Origin: a virus
Taxonomy: Duplodnaviria > Caudoviricetes
Virus record (IMG/VR): IMGVR_UViG_3300044213_000090
Location: 519-64,518 of that record
DNA: 64,000 nt
Direction: 5' to 3' (one strand)
The translations under genes and the position numbers were made by a program. A model generated the notes under the pieces. It saw only the letters and a list, made by a program, of their open reading frames with translations. It was not told the origin of the DNA and did not search any database. Shown piece by piece: positions 29,228-38,166 of the stretch; positions within the stretch are counted from its first letter, which is position 1; each line of letters starts with the position of its first letter.

Positions 29228-29606
29228 TTGTTAACTCCTTTGTTAGTTCTTCAGATCGCTTTTCGTATTCCTCATCAAAGACCTTGTTCAGTATGTTAGC
29301 CGCCAGCGTTTCTTTAGTATTCTGCATAGCCTGTGCAAGTCTACCCGCCATGCTATCACCCCACTTTGGTAGGCCGTTCATAAACTCATCGAACTCTTCG
29401 TCTTTCAAGTAGCGCATACCTTCGGGGGTTTCTATCATTACCCCGTTAGTCTTTAGCCAGCCTAGCTTATGGCTATCTGCGTTTAGTTCCGTTACTTGTT
29501 GCTTAAGCCCTTTTATTAAAGCGTCTCTACTATCTATGACGTTTTTTAGCCTTTCAATCTCAGCCCCTTTCGGGTCAATCGCTTTCAGTATTTCCTTCGA
29601 GTCCAT
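29166..29606 (-). CDS. hypothetical protein containing a major-capsid-like helix
   Basis: SD AAGGAG; aa 90-110 match capsid aa 110-130 at 11 of 21 positions. Confidence 0.65.
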   Translation of the reverse strand: MDSKEILKAIDPKGAEIERLKNVIDSRDALIKGLKQQVTELNADSHKLGWLKTNGVMIETPEGMRYLKDEEFDEFMNGLPKWGDSMAGRLAQAMQNTKETLAANILNKVFDEEYEKRSEELTKELTNGTNTREKGKRRSNKNPKGT

Positions 29607-29784
29607 TTATTTCTCCTTCGTTATAACTTAATTCCAACTCACTCATTGGTAGCTCTATTGTCGTTAATCTAAAGCCACAGTCAGCCGTACAAACCTTTCT
29701 TCTACGCACCCAGTCAGGGTGTTGGCTTGCCGTTCGTGTCTGCGTTATCTTTAGCTTGGCTCCGCAGTCGGGGCAGTTGCGCAT
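29575..29784 (-). CDS. zinc-ribbon protein resembling the NrdR N-terminus / Ogr-like
   Basis: CPDCG..TR..VRRRKVC..CGFRLTTIE resembles the NrdR Zn-ribbon pattern CP.C..SR..RRRR.C..C..RFTT.E. Confidence 0.65.
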   Translation of the reverse strand: MRNCPDCGAKLKITQTRTASQHPDWVRRRKVCTADCGFRLTTIELPMSELELSYNEGEINGLEGNTESD

Positions 29785-29976
29785 TTAAAACTCCCATGTC
29801 TTGTTGATTGTTATTTGTTGGTCGTCGTTTGTTGCTTCGACTTTGATCTCTATACTGCTATCGGTTTTGGTCTTGTCTTTCTTACCAAATATCAAATCAA
29901 AGTTTCTATCAAACTCTTCCATACTTACACCTAATGGGCGAGGTGCATCACCTTTACCGCCGTCATGGTTACTCAT
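29785..29976 (-). CDS. hypothetical protein
   Basis: DGGKGDAPRPL..FD.IFGK small phage family. Confidence 0.6.
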   Translation of the reverse strand: MSNHDGGKGDAPRPLGVSMEEFDRNFDLIFGKKDKTKTDSSIEIKVEATNDDQQITINKTWEF

Positions 29977-30112
29977 CTCTATCTTCCTCAATTCGTTTCT
30001 GTATTAGCCTCACTAGACGCTCGTATTTAACAACGTCTTTCATAACTTCGTGCCTACCAAAGTTAGCCTCTAGCGCCAGCTTAACTACTTCTTCCCTACT
30101 TAGTTCTTCCAT
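29969..30112 (-). CDS. small hypothetical protein (47 aa, MEELSREEV...)
   Basis: Read manually; fills operon gap. Confidence 0.5.
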   Translation of the reverse strand: MEELSREEVVKLALEANFGRHEVMKDVVKYERLVRLIQKRIEEDRDE

Positions 30113-30288
30113 ACTGGTTCCTTATCGCATACTGTAACCCCACCACACGTAGAGCATACTACAGTTTTGCCATCTATGATCAGTATTTCCTGTTCGCAAG
30201 CGTGTGCCATAGGTGGGAAGAAATAAAAGATAACCGCTACAAAAATAACGGCTCCAATTAACATCCACACTTCTTCTCTTATGTTCAT
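30100..30288 (-). CDS. small membrane or secreted Cys-containing protein
   Basis: Hydrophobic segment, AHA signal-like motif, four Cys. Confidence 0.5.
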   Translation of the reverse strand: MNIREEVWMLIGAVIFVAVIFYFFPPMAHACEQEILIIDGKTVVCSTCGGVTVCDKEPVWKN

Positions 30289-30482
30289 TTGTCCTTTCCT
30301 TCCCAGTAAATGCGTTGTTCTTCAATTTCTTTCTCTAGCTTAGCTTTGTACTCGTTGCGTGCTTTGCCTAGGTTCTCGAATGTTTTTAATCCCACTACCA
30401 ACCAAAAGGCAGCCCACCACCAGCCACCAGCGTCAGACTCATACAGAAAGTAACCTACAAATAAAGCTAGCATTTCAAACAT
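30285..30482 (-). CDS. small membrane protein
   Basis: Hydrophobic, WWW; SD AGGAG. Confidence 0.5.
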   Translation of the reverse strand: MFEMLALFVGYFLYESDAGGWWWAAFWLVVGLKTFENLGKARNEYKAKLEKEIEEQRIYWEGKDK

Positions 30483-30861
30483 TTCGTTTCTCCTCTCGAA
30501 CTGCAATCTCATCTTGTAAATACCACATGGCTTTCTTTAAATCTTCTAAGTCTTTATCGGTAACTTCAGCATCTTTCAATCCCGCACGCCAAATATACTT
30601 CATCACATTACCTAGATTGAATCCCATATGCCTTGTGATTTCGATACACTCCACTCCGCTTGGATGTGAGGTGTAGTGCTTGGGGTGGTTAACTGGGTCG
30701 TGTTTTGTTTTGTTAATGTGTTTGGTAAGTTGGTCTGCTATGTCTTGTTGAATTTTTCTAGCGTCGGCGGGGTCATAAACCATCGCCACAGTATCATCAC
30801 TAAACTGAACCCAACCCCCAAACGGCACAGGCTCACCGCTACATTCATCTATCTTGCTCAT
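30475..30861 (-). CDS. DUF3310 / SaV-like protein
   Basis: DPVNHPKHYT..ECI..FNLGNVMKYIWRAGLK..EDLKKAMWYL. Confidence 0.85.
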   Translation of the reverse strand: MSKIDECSGEPVPFGGWVQFSDDTVAMVYDPADARKIQQDIADQLTKHINKTKHDPVNHPKHYTSHPSGVECIEITRHMGFNLGNVMKYIWRAGLKDAEVTDKDLEDLKKAMWYLQDEIAVREEKRNV

Positions 30862-31121
30862 TTCTTCTTTCCTTTCTTTGGTTGTTCTGCTACTAGCGTA
30901 GCTCTATGGTGCTTCATTACTTCTTCGCCTAACTTCTCTAAGTCGTCAACATATTTCTCTAGCATTTCCCGAGCCGCCCATGCCGCACCGCTTTCGGGTT
31001 CATTGATAATACTTGACGCAACCATTTCAACTACATTAGCTACGCTATCAATCTTATATGCTACCGACTCAATCTCGTTAGCCAAATCCCACAGTTCTTT
31101 AGTACAAGTCTTGTTTTCCAT
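30858..31121 (-). CDS. hypothetical protein
   Basis: SD GAAAGGAAG; coupled ORF. Confidence 0.6.
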   Translation of the reverse strand: MENKTCTKELWDLANEIESVAYKIDSVANVVEMVASSIINEPESGAAWAAREMLEKYVDDLEKLGEEVMKHHRATLVAEQPKKGKKK

Positions 31122-31251
31122 CTATCTTCCTTTCCAGTTTTGCGTATGCGGTAAGCGCTCTATCAAAGGCTGTGCGCCAGTAGAACACCTCGTCTTTCAG
31201 TTTTAATACTTCTGCTTCTAGCTCTTTAACTTTTGCTTCTAGCTCGTTCAT
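31099..31251 (-). CDS. small coiled-coil protein (50 aa, MNELEAKVKELE...)
   Basis: Read manually. Confidence 0.5.
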   Translation of the reverse strand: MNELEAKVKELEAEVLKLKDEVFYWRTAFDRALTAYAKLERKIDGKQDLY

Positions 31252-31453
31252 TTTTCTTACTCTCGTATTTCCTACTACTCTTTCGTTCCTTACATGTACT
31301 ACATAGCCACCGCTTGATGTTCTTGTTTGCGGTGGCTACCATGCCCCCTTGATCTTCGGGTTTATACGCATGACAAGACGAGCAGTATCTCTTGTGCGTT
31401 ACCTTTACTGCCGCCTTGCGTATATCTTCCCGAGTCTTTGTTAAATCACCCAC
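31226..31453 (-). CDS. zinc-finger-like protein
   Basis: CSSC...WLCSTC. Confidence 0.6.
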   Translation of the reverse strand: MGDLTKTREDIRKAAVKVTHKRYCSSCHAYKPEDQGGMVATANKNIKRWLCSTCKERKSSRKYESKKNERARSKS

Positions 31454-31665
31454 TAATTACCTCTCCTTGCGCTTGTTACATAGAGCGACTCCATACGGAC
31501 TCTACCGCCAGCCATAAGCAAATCGCTTTCTATATACTTGCGCCCGCATGGGCCGATATAAATACCCGCTTCGTTGTAGGTGGGGACATAGAGAACTCCT
31601 TTCACTTCGTAGCATTTAAACATATCCTTCTCGTGTTTGGTTTGATTGTTTGTGTTGAACGACAT
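31453..31665 (-). CDS. hypothetical protein
   Basis: ORF track; SD inside the 17-bp repeat. Confidence 0.6.
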   Translation of the reverse strand: MSFNTNNQTKHEKDMFKCYEVKGVLYVPTYNEAGIYIGPCGRKYIESDLLMAGGRVRMESLYVTSARRGN

Positions 31666-31683
31666 TATTTATACACCTTTCTA

Positions 31684-31875
31684 TTATTGATCTAAAAACG
31701 GAATTGTTGGCTGATCTCCACGAAGTGCGTGATACTCTAGTTGCACCTTAGCCGAGCCAATCATTTTACCCGCTATGTTTGCAAGTTCTGATGCCGCTTT
31801 TACTTCTACTGTGCCGTTGCGTAGTTCTGTAAATACTTCTGATAGTTGGTCACGTAGTTCTGTGATATTTTTCAT
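31684..31875 (-). CDS. small helical hypothetical protein (cassette gene 2)
   Basis: MKNITELRDQL..LRNG..A..LAN.AGK.I.SAKVQLEY. Confidence 0.65.
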   Translation of the reverse strand: MKNITELRDQLSEVFTELRNGTVEVKAASELANIAGKMIGSAKVQLEYHALRGDQPTIPFLDQ

Positions 31876-32621
31876 TGTGCTACTCCTTGTTGTTTAAGTT
31901 TAAGTTTAAGTTTACGTTTTGCTACTGCCGCTCTTGCCAAAGCATTTATATGTGCCCTTTGTTCAGGCGTTATATTTCTACGCTTAGCGTTAATTACTTC
32001 TTTGTTTTCATGATATTTTGCTCTTCGTTTTGCCTTTAACTCCTCTCTGTTTTTCTCTTGATACATTTGGTTTTTTTGTCTGTGCTTTTCTAAGTTAGTG
32101 TGATACCTTTGACGAGCCTGTTCTTTTCTCCTTTCGATAGTTGCTTTCTTTTGCTCTGCAATTTTAGCGGCACGAAGTAAAGCTTTCTCCGCTTTTTCCA
32201 TGGCTTTTCTTTTAGCTGGCGGGATTATTTCATCAACAAGGCGCTTGAGTTTTATCTCTGCTTGTTTAGCCTCAAGCAATGCAATCGGTATGTCCCTACC
32301 CACTAAGGCTTTACTGCTTTTAACCAAAAGTTCTCTAGCATAACGAAGCTCTACATCTTTAGCTTTTTTGCGCCCATTCTCTTTGCCTTTGTGTAAATAC
32401 CATTCTTTTCTTTTTTTCTTTAGCTTTTCTTGAACTTCGGGACGTTGATTGTATATTTTCATGCGTGCCGCTATCTTGTCTTTGTTGCGCCGATAGTAGT
32501 CACGACATTGTTTGCGGTTTGCCTCAGCTACTTCGGGGTTGTTAGCGTATCTTTCCCTTTCTCTTGCTAGATACTCAGGTGTTTTGCGCATAGCATCGTA
32601 TAGTTGTCTAGCTGTTTGCAT
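31872..32621 (-). CDS. Lys/Arg-rich helical protein (cassette gene 1)
   Basis: 249 aa, very basic; repeated Y..N.E/K patterns. Confidence 0.65.
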   Translation of the reverse strand: MQTARQLYDAMRKTPEYLARERERYANNPEVAEANRKQCRDYYRRNKDKIAARMKIYNQRPEVQEKLKKKRKEWYLHKGKENGRKKAKDVELRYARELLVKSSKALVGRDIPIALLEAKQAEIKLKRLVDEIIPPAKRKAMEKAEKALLRAAKIAEQKKATIERRKEQARQRYHTNLEKHRQKNQMYQEKNREELKAKRRAKYHENKEVINAKRRNITPEQRAHINALARAAVAKRKLKLKLKQQGVAQ

Positions 32622-32622
32622 T

Positions 32623-32865
32623 TTATTTATACACCTTTCCGTCTTTACGTTGAATAAAATTATCAGGGTGGCATAGGTATTTATTTCCCATAGCCAAAAT
32701 CATTTCTTCTGCACGTGCTTGATTGTGCATTTGCAAAGCTTCAATGATGTCGTCGCTGACGACCCCACGCAAATCTGCCCTTGACACTGGTTGCCCATGC
32801 CTTGTTAGGGGTGGGGACATTTTAATTAACGCACGACTGTTGCTGATTCTAATTACTGAGTTCAT
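32623..32865 (-). CDS. hypothetical protein
   Basis: MGNKYLCHPDN motif; SD AAGGA. Confidence 0.6.
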   Translation of the reverse strand: MNSVIRISNSRALIKMSPPLTRHGQPVSRADLRGVVSDDIIEALQMHNQARAEEMILAMGNKYLCHPDNFIQRKDGKVYK

Positions 32866-32874
32866 GGTGTTTCC

Positions 32875-33747
32875 TTAAAAGTTAAAGTTGGATAGGATTG
32901 CATCAACGTCTTTCTTAACTGCCTCACGTGTATCTAAGTCCTTACGCAAGTCGGCTACATCTAATCCGTTAATACTTTCATATAACTTAATCCTAGCTTG
33001 TTCTAGTTCTGCGTCTTGTGTGATGTTCAAGTCCTTAGCTAGAGTGCATAACTCATGCGCTGTTTCTAACAAGCTATCTCTAAACACACGAGGCTGTGCC
33101 ATGTTGCCTACGTAATCTACCGCCAGTCTATCTGACATACGCTTGAGGTGCTCTTTGAGTCTTGTCTTGATGTCACTCATAGCGTTCTCGATACGCTCGT
33201 CTGCTAGCTTGGCTAACTTCTTACGTAGTTCTTCCTGTGCATCATTACCTACGTCAACCCTAAAGTCACCCGAGGTAGGCACAGGCATATAGTTCACTCG
33301 GAAACCAAAGCGGTGTTTAAGGCTGTCAGGGGTTGGATACTCGTTGCGGTTAAACATATCACCAAGAGCCATAGCTTGCGCCGTAATCAGGTGAGGGTAT
33401 GCTTCAACAAAGTCATCTACTAGCTGATTGAACTTGTCCTCATACTCTGAGATACGCTGATTGAACTCCATGAACTTAGCGGTAGTCAATAGTCTTAATC
33501 CGTTATCCGACCATGGCAAAGTCACTTCGTTAACCCACGTGCGCACCGAGCCTATGAACAGGGTAATACTCTCTAACTCAGGGCGACCAGCTAGCAAGTG
33601 TTTGTTAACACGAGCCGCACCCTTACTACCCGCTTGCTTGTAGGCAAGCACTTCGTCTGTTGTTGATTTGTCTAGCTTGCGTGCTGTCCATTGGTGCATA
33701 TTAACTTCTACCAACATAGCGCAAGTGTCTAAGTTATAACGTGTCAT
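32875..33747 (-). CDS. DUF3150-like helical protein
   Basis: WTARKLD, TLPWSDNGLRLL, LGDMFNRNEYP; typically beside phage AAA-vWA genes. Confidence 0.6.
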   Translation of the reverse strand: MTRYNLDTCAMLVEVNMHQWTARKLDKSTTDEVLAYKQAGSKGAARVNKHLLAGRPELESITLFIGSVRTWVNEVTLPWSDNGLRLLTTAKFMEFNQRISEYEDKFNQLVDDFVEAYPHLITAQAMALGDMFNRNEYPTPDSLKHRFGFRVNYMPVPTSGDFRVDVGNDAQEELRKKLAKLADERIENAMSDIKTRLKEHLKRMSDRLAVDYVGNMAQPRVFRDSLLETAHELCTLAKDLNITQDAELEQARIKLYESINGLDVADLRKDLDTREAVKKDVDAILSNFNF

Positions 33748-33765
33748 GTGATTCTCCTTTGTTGT

Positions 33766-34968
33766 TTATGAATAAATACGAACAGTCTTACCCTTGTTGC
33801 TAACGAATTGATCGTTGTCAACTACACCGAATAGGATAGGGCAGTCAGGTAATACATAGTCTGATTCAATGTAGCCATCAGATAAAACAATGCAAGCTTT
33901 GGGCTTGAGTTTGTGCTTGGTAAAGTATTCTGATACGCAAGTCAAGCGTGTGCCACCACCACCTTTGGGTTGAAGCATTTCAGGTATGCGGTGGTAGTCC
34001 TGCGGTTTGAAGATTTGCTCACCCTCAATGTCGCACTCCCACCATAGGACACGCACTTGCTCAGGCTTGACGTTCTCGCAGATACGAGCAATCTCACCAA
34101 AGACTGTGCCATACAGACCCATCATAGAACCCGAGGTATCGCAAGCTACAACTAACTCGCCTGTTGATTCCGAGAAGTGTGATGGCATGAGTATGCCTTG
34201 CGGTAGCAAGCGTTTGTTAGGTGGGGCAAAGCGGGAATAGTCGTCGCCTTCGCATAGTTGTGTAACGAACTCACGTAGATGTTCACGCCAGTTGGTGTCA
34301 CGTTTCTGTGTTAGCTTGTCGAGTGGGCTACCACCCCTAGCATTACCTCGTTCTTGTATGCGCTTGGCTAGCATCTTGCCTTGATGTAGTGCCTCGCTGA
34401 TCTCGGTTGCAGTCTTAGCTTCGATTGCTTCGGCAAGTTTACCTAGTATGTGTCCGTCAAGCGTGCCGTCACCATCACCGCTACCCGCAGTTGGGTCGCC
34501 ACCTGATTCCTCACACTCCTTGATTAAGTCTTGCAATACTTCAACAAACGACCAGCCAAAGTATTTCTTATCGAGTAAAGGTGCGACTGCTGTTGGGTGT
34601 TCGATAAAGCTATGCGTTGGGTCTGTTTCCTCTATCGTGCCGTTGACTACGTAATCCATAGCCTGATTGCACAACATAGGATACTTCTCGCATAACGCTT
34701 TATACGCAGTGCAGTGATGTAGTGCTTTGTGTAACGACTCATGCAAAACAAGAAAGCGTAGTTGTTTCCTAGATAAAGGTTCGATAAAGCTAGGCGCATA
34801 GATAACATTACGACCATCAGTTGCGGCAGTCTTGATGTCCTCGTCTAGCTTTACGTCACCGACATAAACAATACCCGATAGGGTAGCGAAGCTAGCGTTG
34901 TTACTGATGTCAACGTGGCACGCAATAATGCGGTCGTTCAAAGACATCTTATCCCATATGCTTGACAT
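33766..34968 (-). CDS. DUF2201-type metallopeptidase + vWA domain protein
   Basis: TAATDG, LHESLH (HExxH), DTSGSM (MIDAS), GGGGT, SDG. Confidence 0.85.
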   Translation of the reverse strand: MSSIWDKMSLNDRIIACHVDISNNASFATLSGIVYVGDVKLDEDIKTAATDGRNVIYAPSFIEPLSRKQLRFLVLHESLHKALHHCTAYKALCEKYPMLCNQAMDYVVNGTIEETDPTHSFIEHPTAVAPLLDKKYFGWSFVEVLQDLIKECEESGGDPTAGSGDGDGTLDGHILGKLAEAIEAKTATEISEALHQGKMLAKRIQERGNARGGSPLDKLTQKRDTNWREHLREFVTQLCEGDDYSRFAPPNKRLLPQGILMPSHFSESTGELVVACDTSGSMMGLYGTVFGEIARICENVKPEQVRVLWWECDIEGEQIFKPQDYHRIPEMLQPKGGGGTRLTCVSEYFTKHKLKPKACIVLSDGYIESDYVLPDCPILFGVVDNDQFVSNKGKTVRIYS

Positions 34969-34989
34969 ATGTTTTCCTTTCGTTGTTGA

Positions 34990-36111
34990 TTACTTGCCAG
35001 TAAAGTAAATCTTGTTATCTTGCAACATGGTTTGGAACGGCTTGACAGTAACGAAACTGGAAACCCTAGAGGACTGAGCAAGATTGTGGCAGAACATAGA
35101 CTGCATCTCCCGTCTCATTCTTAAAATATACTCACATACTGCCTCGGCTTCCTCACGTCCATTGGTTTGTGTAATACACTTGAGAACGGTAATGATCTGC
35201 GCCATAGGATTCTCAGGGACAGGGCAAGTCTTAGGTTCTTTCAAGATACGTGGGAACGGAGGGGTTTGCTCACCGAACTGAATGAAAGCCTTAAGCGATT
35301 CAGCGCCAGCCTCACCCATAGTGCCTGACAAAGACGCAAGCAAAGTTTCTAAGTCCATGCCATCCTTGCTATACACAATGTCCGAACCAGCGTGCAAGCT
35401 ACGAGGTGTAACGTATGAAGTCTGCGCTACTGATGGGTTGAAGATGTAGGGATTGTGTGCTTCCATGCGTTGCCCATCATACTTACCGCCTGATTGGTAA
35501 TCGAGAAAGCTATCGAACAACTGCTGACCTAGCTCGTCAGTCCATGCAATAACCTCGGGCGCTAAGCCACGATCAATAGCCCACTCACGCCACTCAGTCT
35601 GAGTAGGCTTACGCATTTTGACAAACACCAAGCGGTTACGTAAGTGCGCTTGAATAGAATCGCCTAGGCCCTCGACTGATAAGTTAGTTGCACAAAACAC
35701 TACGCTACCCTCGGGCATATGGTAGTTGCCGACACGTCGCTCGTAAACGATTGGTGCTAGCACGTCCTTGATATACTGCCGAGCCTTTGCAATCTCGTCT
35801 AAGAACACGAGTGCGGGACGTGAACCATTGATACCTTTCTGATTGTCCTTGTGAACACCAAAGCGTTCGTTAGGTAATTCTCTAGACACACCAAGCTCAC
35901 GATCAATGTCAGGCATCCACACCGAGCCGTCAGATAACTGGGTGCAATCAATCGGGTCAACGTGAACGTGGTTAGCAAAGAATGGGTCGTTAGCTAAGTG
36001 ATAGAACAAGCCAGTCTTACCGATACCGTTTTCTCCTTCTACGATAATCGTTCTCTTATGTCCTACTGCCTTGATGAGTTGTGTTACTTGTTTGAATGAA
36101 AGCATTGTCAT
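34990..36111 (-). CDS. MoxR-like AAA+ ATPase
   Basis: GENGIGKT, VFLDE, ATN, LRNR, TPRS; start moved to MTMLSF after SD AAAGGA. Confidence 0.85.
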   Translation of the reverse strand: MTMLSFKQVTQLIKAVGHKRTIIVEGENGIGKTGLFYHLANDPFFANHVHVDPIDCTQLSDGSVWMPDIDRELGVSRELPNERFGVHKDNQKGINGSRPALVFLDEIAKARQYIKDVLAPIVYERRVGNYHMPEGSVVFCATNLSVEGLGDSIQAHLRNRLVFVKMRKPTQTEWREWAIDRGLAPEVIAWTDELGQQLFDSFLDYQSGGKYDGQRMEAHNPYIFNPSVAQTSYVTPRSLHAGSDIVYSKDGMDLETLLASLSGTMGEAGAESLKAFIQFGEQTPPFPRILKEPKTCPVPENPMAQIITVLKCITQTNGREEAEAVCEYILRMRREMQSMFCHNLAQSSRVSSFVTVKPFQTMLQDNKIYFTGK

Positions 36112-36222
36112 ACGATTTCCTTTACGTTTGTTAAGTTGTTTATATACTGCGGAAGGTCTGCGCCCTCTTGGAACTATCAATGATAAAACTACTAGGGGTG
36201 AACTACATAGGGACATACCCTG

Positions 36223-36258
36223 ATACTACATATAGTGCTTAGATACTAGATGTAGTTG
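36223..36258. promoter_or_regulatory. tandem NrdR-box-like operators
   Basis: ATACTACATATAGTGC (36223-36238) and ATACTAGATGTAGTTG (36243-36258) fit acaCwAtATaTwGtgt. Confidence 0.5.
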
Positions 36259-36261
36259 GGT

Positions 36262-37239
36262 TTAATAAAAAGATTTGCGAGGTAGCGTGTCCATGAACTG
36301 ACCCCATGCGGTTTTAACTGTGCCTGTCTTGAGATTGACCATGCTAAGTATGCGATTGGTTAACGACTTCTTAAACTCCTCGGCAGTAACTTCGCTAGCT
36401 ATCTCACGTTGCTTATCGTGCATTTCTTTAATCTGCTCTGCCGTTTTATTCCATGTGCGGAACAGACTGCCTTGCCAACGCTCATCTTCGGGGACATAGT
36501 TGTAAACCCTGTGGCTAGCAAGAATGTCGAACACCGCTTGACCCATATCAAGGAAGGCTTCTATGTAACGTGGGTCTTCCGTATTCCCTGAGCCTACGTT
36601 CCTAATGACTTTGGCAAACTCATCAATCTGACGTGGAGAAATTCTCCACGCTGTGCCAAAGGGTTCGCCTAGTGATGAGTTAATTTCTACATTAGCTCGA
36701 TACTCAGGTAGCCTGAACATGGCAAGCGTCATAAGCACATCAACTTTCTTCTTGAACTCCTTGCGCTTAGCTTTGTCCTCGTCTGATGACTTGAATGTAT
36801 AGATGTCCCTGTGTTGTGAGAGTTTTGTTATTAGTTTGTGGTCTTTGTTAAACCATAGAACTGCGCTTGGTTTGTGGATTCCCTCTGCTCTATCCCAGCT
36901 AGGCACATACGGCACACGCACTCGCTTACCCTCTGTTGTTTCTAGTTCGCTAAAGTTCAAACCATTCTCATACATAAAGATGTTGGTAGTTTGGCTAGCG
37001 TAGTAGTTTGTTACAACTTTGTAGTCGCCGTTAGGTTCAGGTGGGTAGAACTTGGCTACTTGTGTGTTGTATAGGCGGTAGTAGATTGCGCCTGTTGCGC
37101 TTTCTTTGTGGATACCCATATGGTCTGCTGATACGTTGCGTAGGTATCTTGGACTGTCGGGCATATTCAACCACTTCTTACTGCGGGTTGGTGCTTTGCT
37201 GTTTTCGTAGCGTTGTAATGCGTGTTCATATGTAATCAT
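36262..37239 (-). CDS. hypothetical early protein
   Basis: 325 aa; SD AAAGGA. Confidence 0.7.
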   Translation of the reverse strand: MITYEHALQRYENSKAPTRSKKWLNMPDSPRYLRNVSADHMGIHKESATGAIYYRLYNTQVAKFYPPEPNGDYKVVTNYYASQTTNIFMYENGLNFSELETTEGKRVRVPYVPSWDRAEGIHKPSAVLWFNKDHKLITKLSQHRDIYTFKSSDEDKAKRKEFKKKVDVLMTLAMFRLPEYRANVEINSSLGEPFGTAWRISPRQIDEFAKVIRNVGSGNTEDPRYIEAFLDMGQAVFDILASHRVYNYVPEDERWQGSLFRTWNKTAEQIKEMHDKQREIASEVTAEEFKKSLTNRILSMVNLKTGTVKTAWGQFMDTLPRKSFY

Positions 37240-37274
37240 CTTTACTTTTCCTTTACTTTGTTTGTGTTGTTTAT

Positions 37275-37475
37275 TTATTTGTTGCGTTTGATAGCGACAC
37301 TCTTGCCGTTATTGCTTACTTCTACTGTTGCGTTGCCTTCTCCTATCTCTTTGATTATTTCAGCCGACCATATTAACAACTCCTTTAAGCGCAGAGTTTT
37401 TATATACATCTGCGTCGCTACCCACGTAGCACCTACGCACCACAGGCATAAGCCAAATAGAACTGCATCACTCAT
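37275..37475 (-). CDS. small membrane protein
   Basis: N-terminal TM segment; ATGA coupling. Confidence 0.55.
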   Translation of the reverse strand: MSDAVLFGLCLWCVGATWVATQMYIKTLRLKELLIWSAEIIKEIGEGNATVEVSNNGKSVAIKRNK

Positions 37476-38158
37476 ACTAATCCTCTCCCTTCGTCATCAA
37501 ATCTCCAATCGTTTATCTCGCACATCTCTATTAAGTTTGCTTCGCTTGTAATGTATTCGTATTCGTTTTTCAGCAAGTCATATATCTCATCAGCATAATC
37601 TCGTGCGCTTTGTTCGATAGCTTCCGCTAGGTCTGCCATGCTCTTGTATTCAAAGTCGCTGGTTGTTATTAAATTTAAAAGGTCGAGTGCGTTCATGCCT
37701 TGAAAGATAGACTCTCGTTGCATGAGTCTATCTTCTTCTTTTATATTTTTAATACTGTCAGGGTCGCCGATCAAACCCTCCCAATAACCTACTGACATAG
37801 TGCCTGAATGAGAGTAGTGACTGTTGCCGTAACCGATTGTCATATTCTTATCTGCCCAACCCTCGCTGATAAGTTGAATCCAAGCCTCTCTAGCTATGCT
37901 GTCCTCGGTGTGCGTTCTGAGCCACTCCACAATATCAACATGACCTGACCAACAAGCGCCATCACCCTGACTATAAAAACCTGAGAAGTTAATGCGCCCA
38001 ACACCAAAGCCTAAGTCTTTCCCATTCTCCGTAGCGCACTCATAAACATTCTCATACCAGTCATGCTCTGCGCCATGCTCATACCACCATTGTCTGACTC
38101 TCTCTTGTGCTTCTTCGTCTAGGTCTTCGTATTTATATCTTGTTTGTTCTTCTACCAT
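37472..38158 (-). CDS. acidic hypothetical early protein
   Basis: INFSGFYSQGDGA, L..EYEY..S..N.W.FD..G phage family. Confidence 0.65.
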   Translation of the reverse strand: MVEEQTRYKYEDLDEEAQERVRQWWYEHGAEHDWYENVYECATENGKDLGFGVGRINFSGFYSQGDGACWSGHVDIVEWLRTHTEDSIAREAWIQLISEGWADKNMTIGYGNSHYSHSGTMSVGYWEGLIGDPDSIKNIKEEDRLMQRESIFQGMNALDLLNLITTSDFEYKSMADLAEAIEQSARDYADEIYDLLKNEYEYITSEANLIEMCEINDWRFDDEGRGLV

Positions 38159-38166
38159 ATAACCCC

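Larger units (their letters stand above)
31665..32639. mobile_element. two-gene cassette bounded by 17-bp direct repeats
   Basis: TTATTTATACACCTTTC at 31665-31681 and 32623-32639. Confidence 0.6.

Noticed and set aside
36112-36216. N-terminal extensions in the ORF track (also at 20367, 40970, 41418, 47918, 52241, 52722, 53701)
   Set aside because: Downstream ATGs have better SD or coupling context; extensions cross regulatory DNA or neighbouring genes.
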